Part shown: positions 63,252 to 64,000 of the stretch, one piece after another
Layout of the letters: every line of letters starts with the position of its first letter
Numbering within the stretch: the first letter of the stretch is position 1
Assembly: GCA_050011565.1 (NCBI GenBank)
Contig: JBEKIW010000001.1
Span: 192,001 to 256,000, forward strand
Reading direction: 5' to 3'
Length of the DNA: 64,000 bases
Source of the DNA: Dehalococcoidia bacterium
GTDB taxonomy: Bacteria > Chloroflexota > Dehalococcoidia > GIF9 > UBA5629
The notes under the pieces: generated by a model
The model's input: only the letters and a program-made list of their open reading frames with translations
Told to the model about the DNA's origin: nothing
Database searches by the model: none
Made by a program: the position numbers and the translations under genes

Positions 63252-63304
63252 CAGCACCGGTGTGAATTGTGCCTGGAGCGGATGCTCCGGGCTACCCCTT
63301 GGGG

Positions 63305-63916
63305 TCAGTCGGTGAAGACGTAGCTGCCTTTTTTAAGGTAGGAGTAGAAGGTGAGTACAGTGGAGACAATCGCCAGATACATGAGGACAGCCAGCAGCCA
63401 GTCGGGGCCGATGCCGAAGACGGCTATCACCAGCGGCGCCAGCCAGAACCAGAAGTTGACCTTGGCTATACCCGTTGGCGTGGGAAATTCCATGGCACGA
63501 CTCCGGCGTTTCCAGAGATAGGAACCTATGCCGGCAAACACGGCAACTCCACCGGCAAGAGCTAGCACCGCGTAGGGATAGGGATTGAGGGGCATCAGGT
63601 GATCTGTCCTGGAAAACAGCCCGGCGATTATGGCCAGAATCAGGCTCGGCATAAACAGTAACTCGTCGGCCACCATGTCGAAAATCGACCCGCCCAGGCT
63701 CGATTGCCCGAGCCTACGGGCCAGTAAGCCGTCCAGTCCATCGGTACAGGCGGCAATAACGATCAGGATGCCCGCCGCCAGGAATTCTCCCTGCCACAAC
63801 AGAAAAGCAGTGAAACCGGCCAAGACCACGCGTATAGCCGTTATGATATTGGGTACGTTGAGGTCAAACGTTAATTCCTGGTTCGGTGTCTGATTAGCCG
63901 TTGGCTTTGATTTCAT
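63305..63916 (-). CDS. CDP-alcohol phosphatidyltransferase family protein
   Basis: NVPNIITAIR, DGLDGLLARR...S.LG..FD..AD signature. Confidence 0.88.
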   Translation of the reverse strand: MKSKPTANQTPNQELTFDLNVPNIITAIRVVLAGFTAFLLWQGEFLAAGILIVIAACTDGLDGLLARRLGQSSLGGSIFDMVADELLFMPSLILAIIAGLFSRTDHLMPLNPYPYAVLALAGGVAVFAGIGSYLWKRRSRAMEFPTPTGIAKVNFWFWLAPLVIAVFGIGPDWLLAVLMYLAIVSTVLTFYSYLKKGSYVFTD

Positions 63917-64000
63917 GCTTCTTTCTGCTTGTCTGAGAGGGCAGAATAGCACGATATGTAAATAGCTGTCAATCATTGGCAGCGTGGATTTTACCCGGAG

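Overview
Chromosomal segment of an anaerobic bacterium, most likely a Dehalococcoidia (Chloroflexota); this is inferred from the stand-alone 23S rRNA, the ilv-leu-cimA cluster, rtcB-archease and yebC-ruvC-ruvA. Bases 1-7.5 kb are accessory DNA at an initiator tRNA: two DUF3494 ice-binding-type surface proteins, a DUF5131 remnant, a decayed large serine recombinase ending in a 40-bp copy of the tRNA 3' half, HicAB and an MFS transporter. The core region follows: tRNA-fMet and a 23S rRNA with no 16S or 5S neighbours, guaA, tsaC-rpiB, ilvD-ilvBN-ilvC-leuA-leuC-(3 inserted genes)-leuD-leuB-cimA, thiolase, rtcB/archease, tRNA-Lys, esterases, glgP, a RelE-type TA pair, yebC-ruvC-ruvA-rmuC and uvrB. 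Two regions stand out. (1) At 54.7-62.3 kb is a self-contained phosphothreonine signalling locus: three modular single-pass membrane proteins with cytoplasmic FHA domains, a sensor-less membrane-anchored Ser/Thr kinase, a PP2C phosphatase, a zinc-ribbon-FHA protein and a divergent FHA-winged-helix regulator. Two promoters of this locus carry phased 11-bp YTGACA direct repeats at identical spacing from their -10 boxes. (2) An integrase-free tandem array of cargo cassettes lies behind uvrB, each followed by a progressively more diverged copy of the uvrB 3' end. Several REP-like intergenic repeat families are also present. All family assignments are by motif recognition, not database search.
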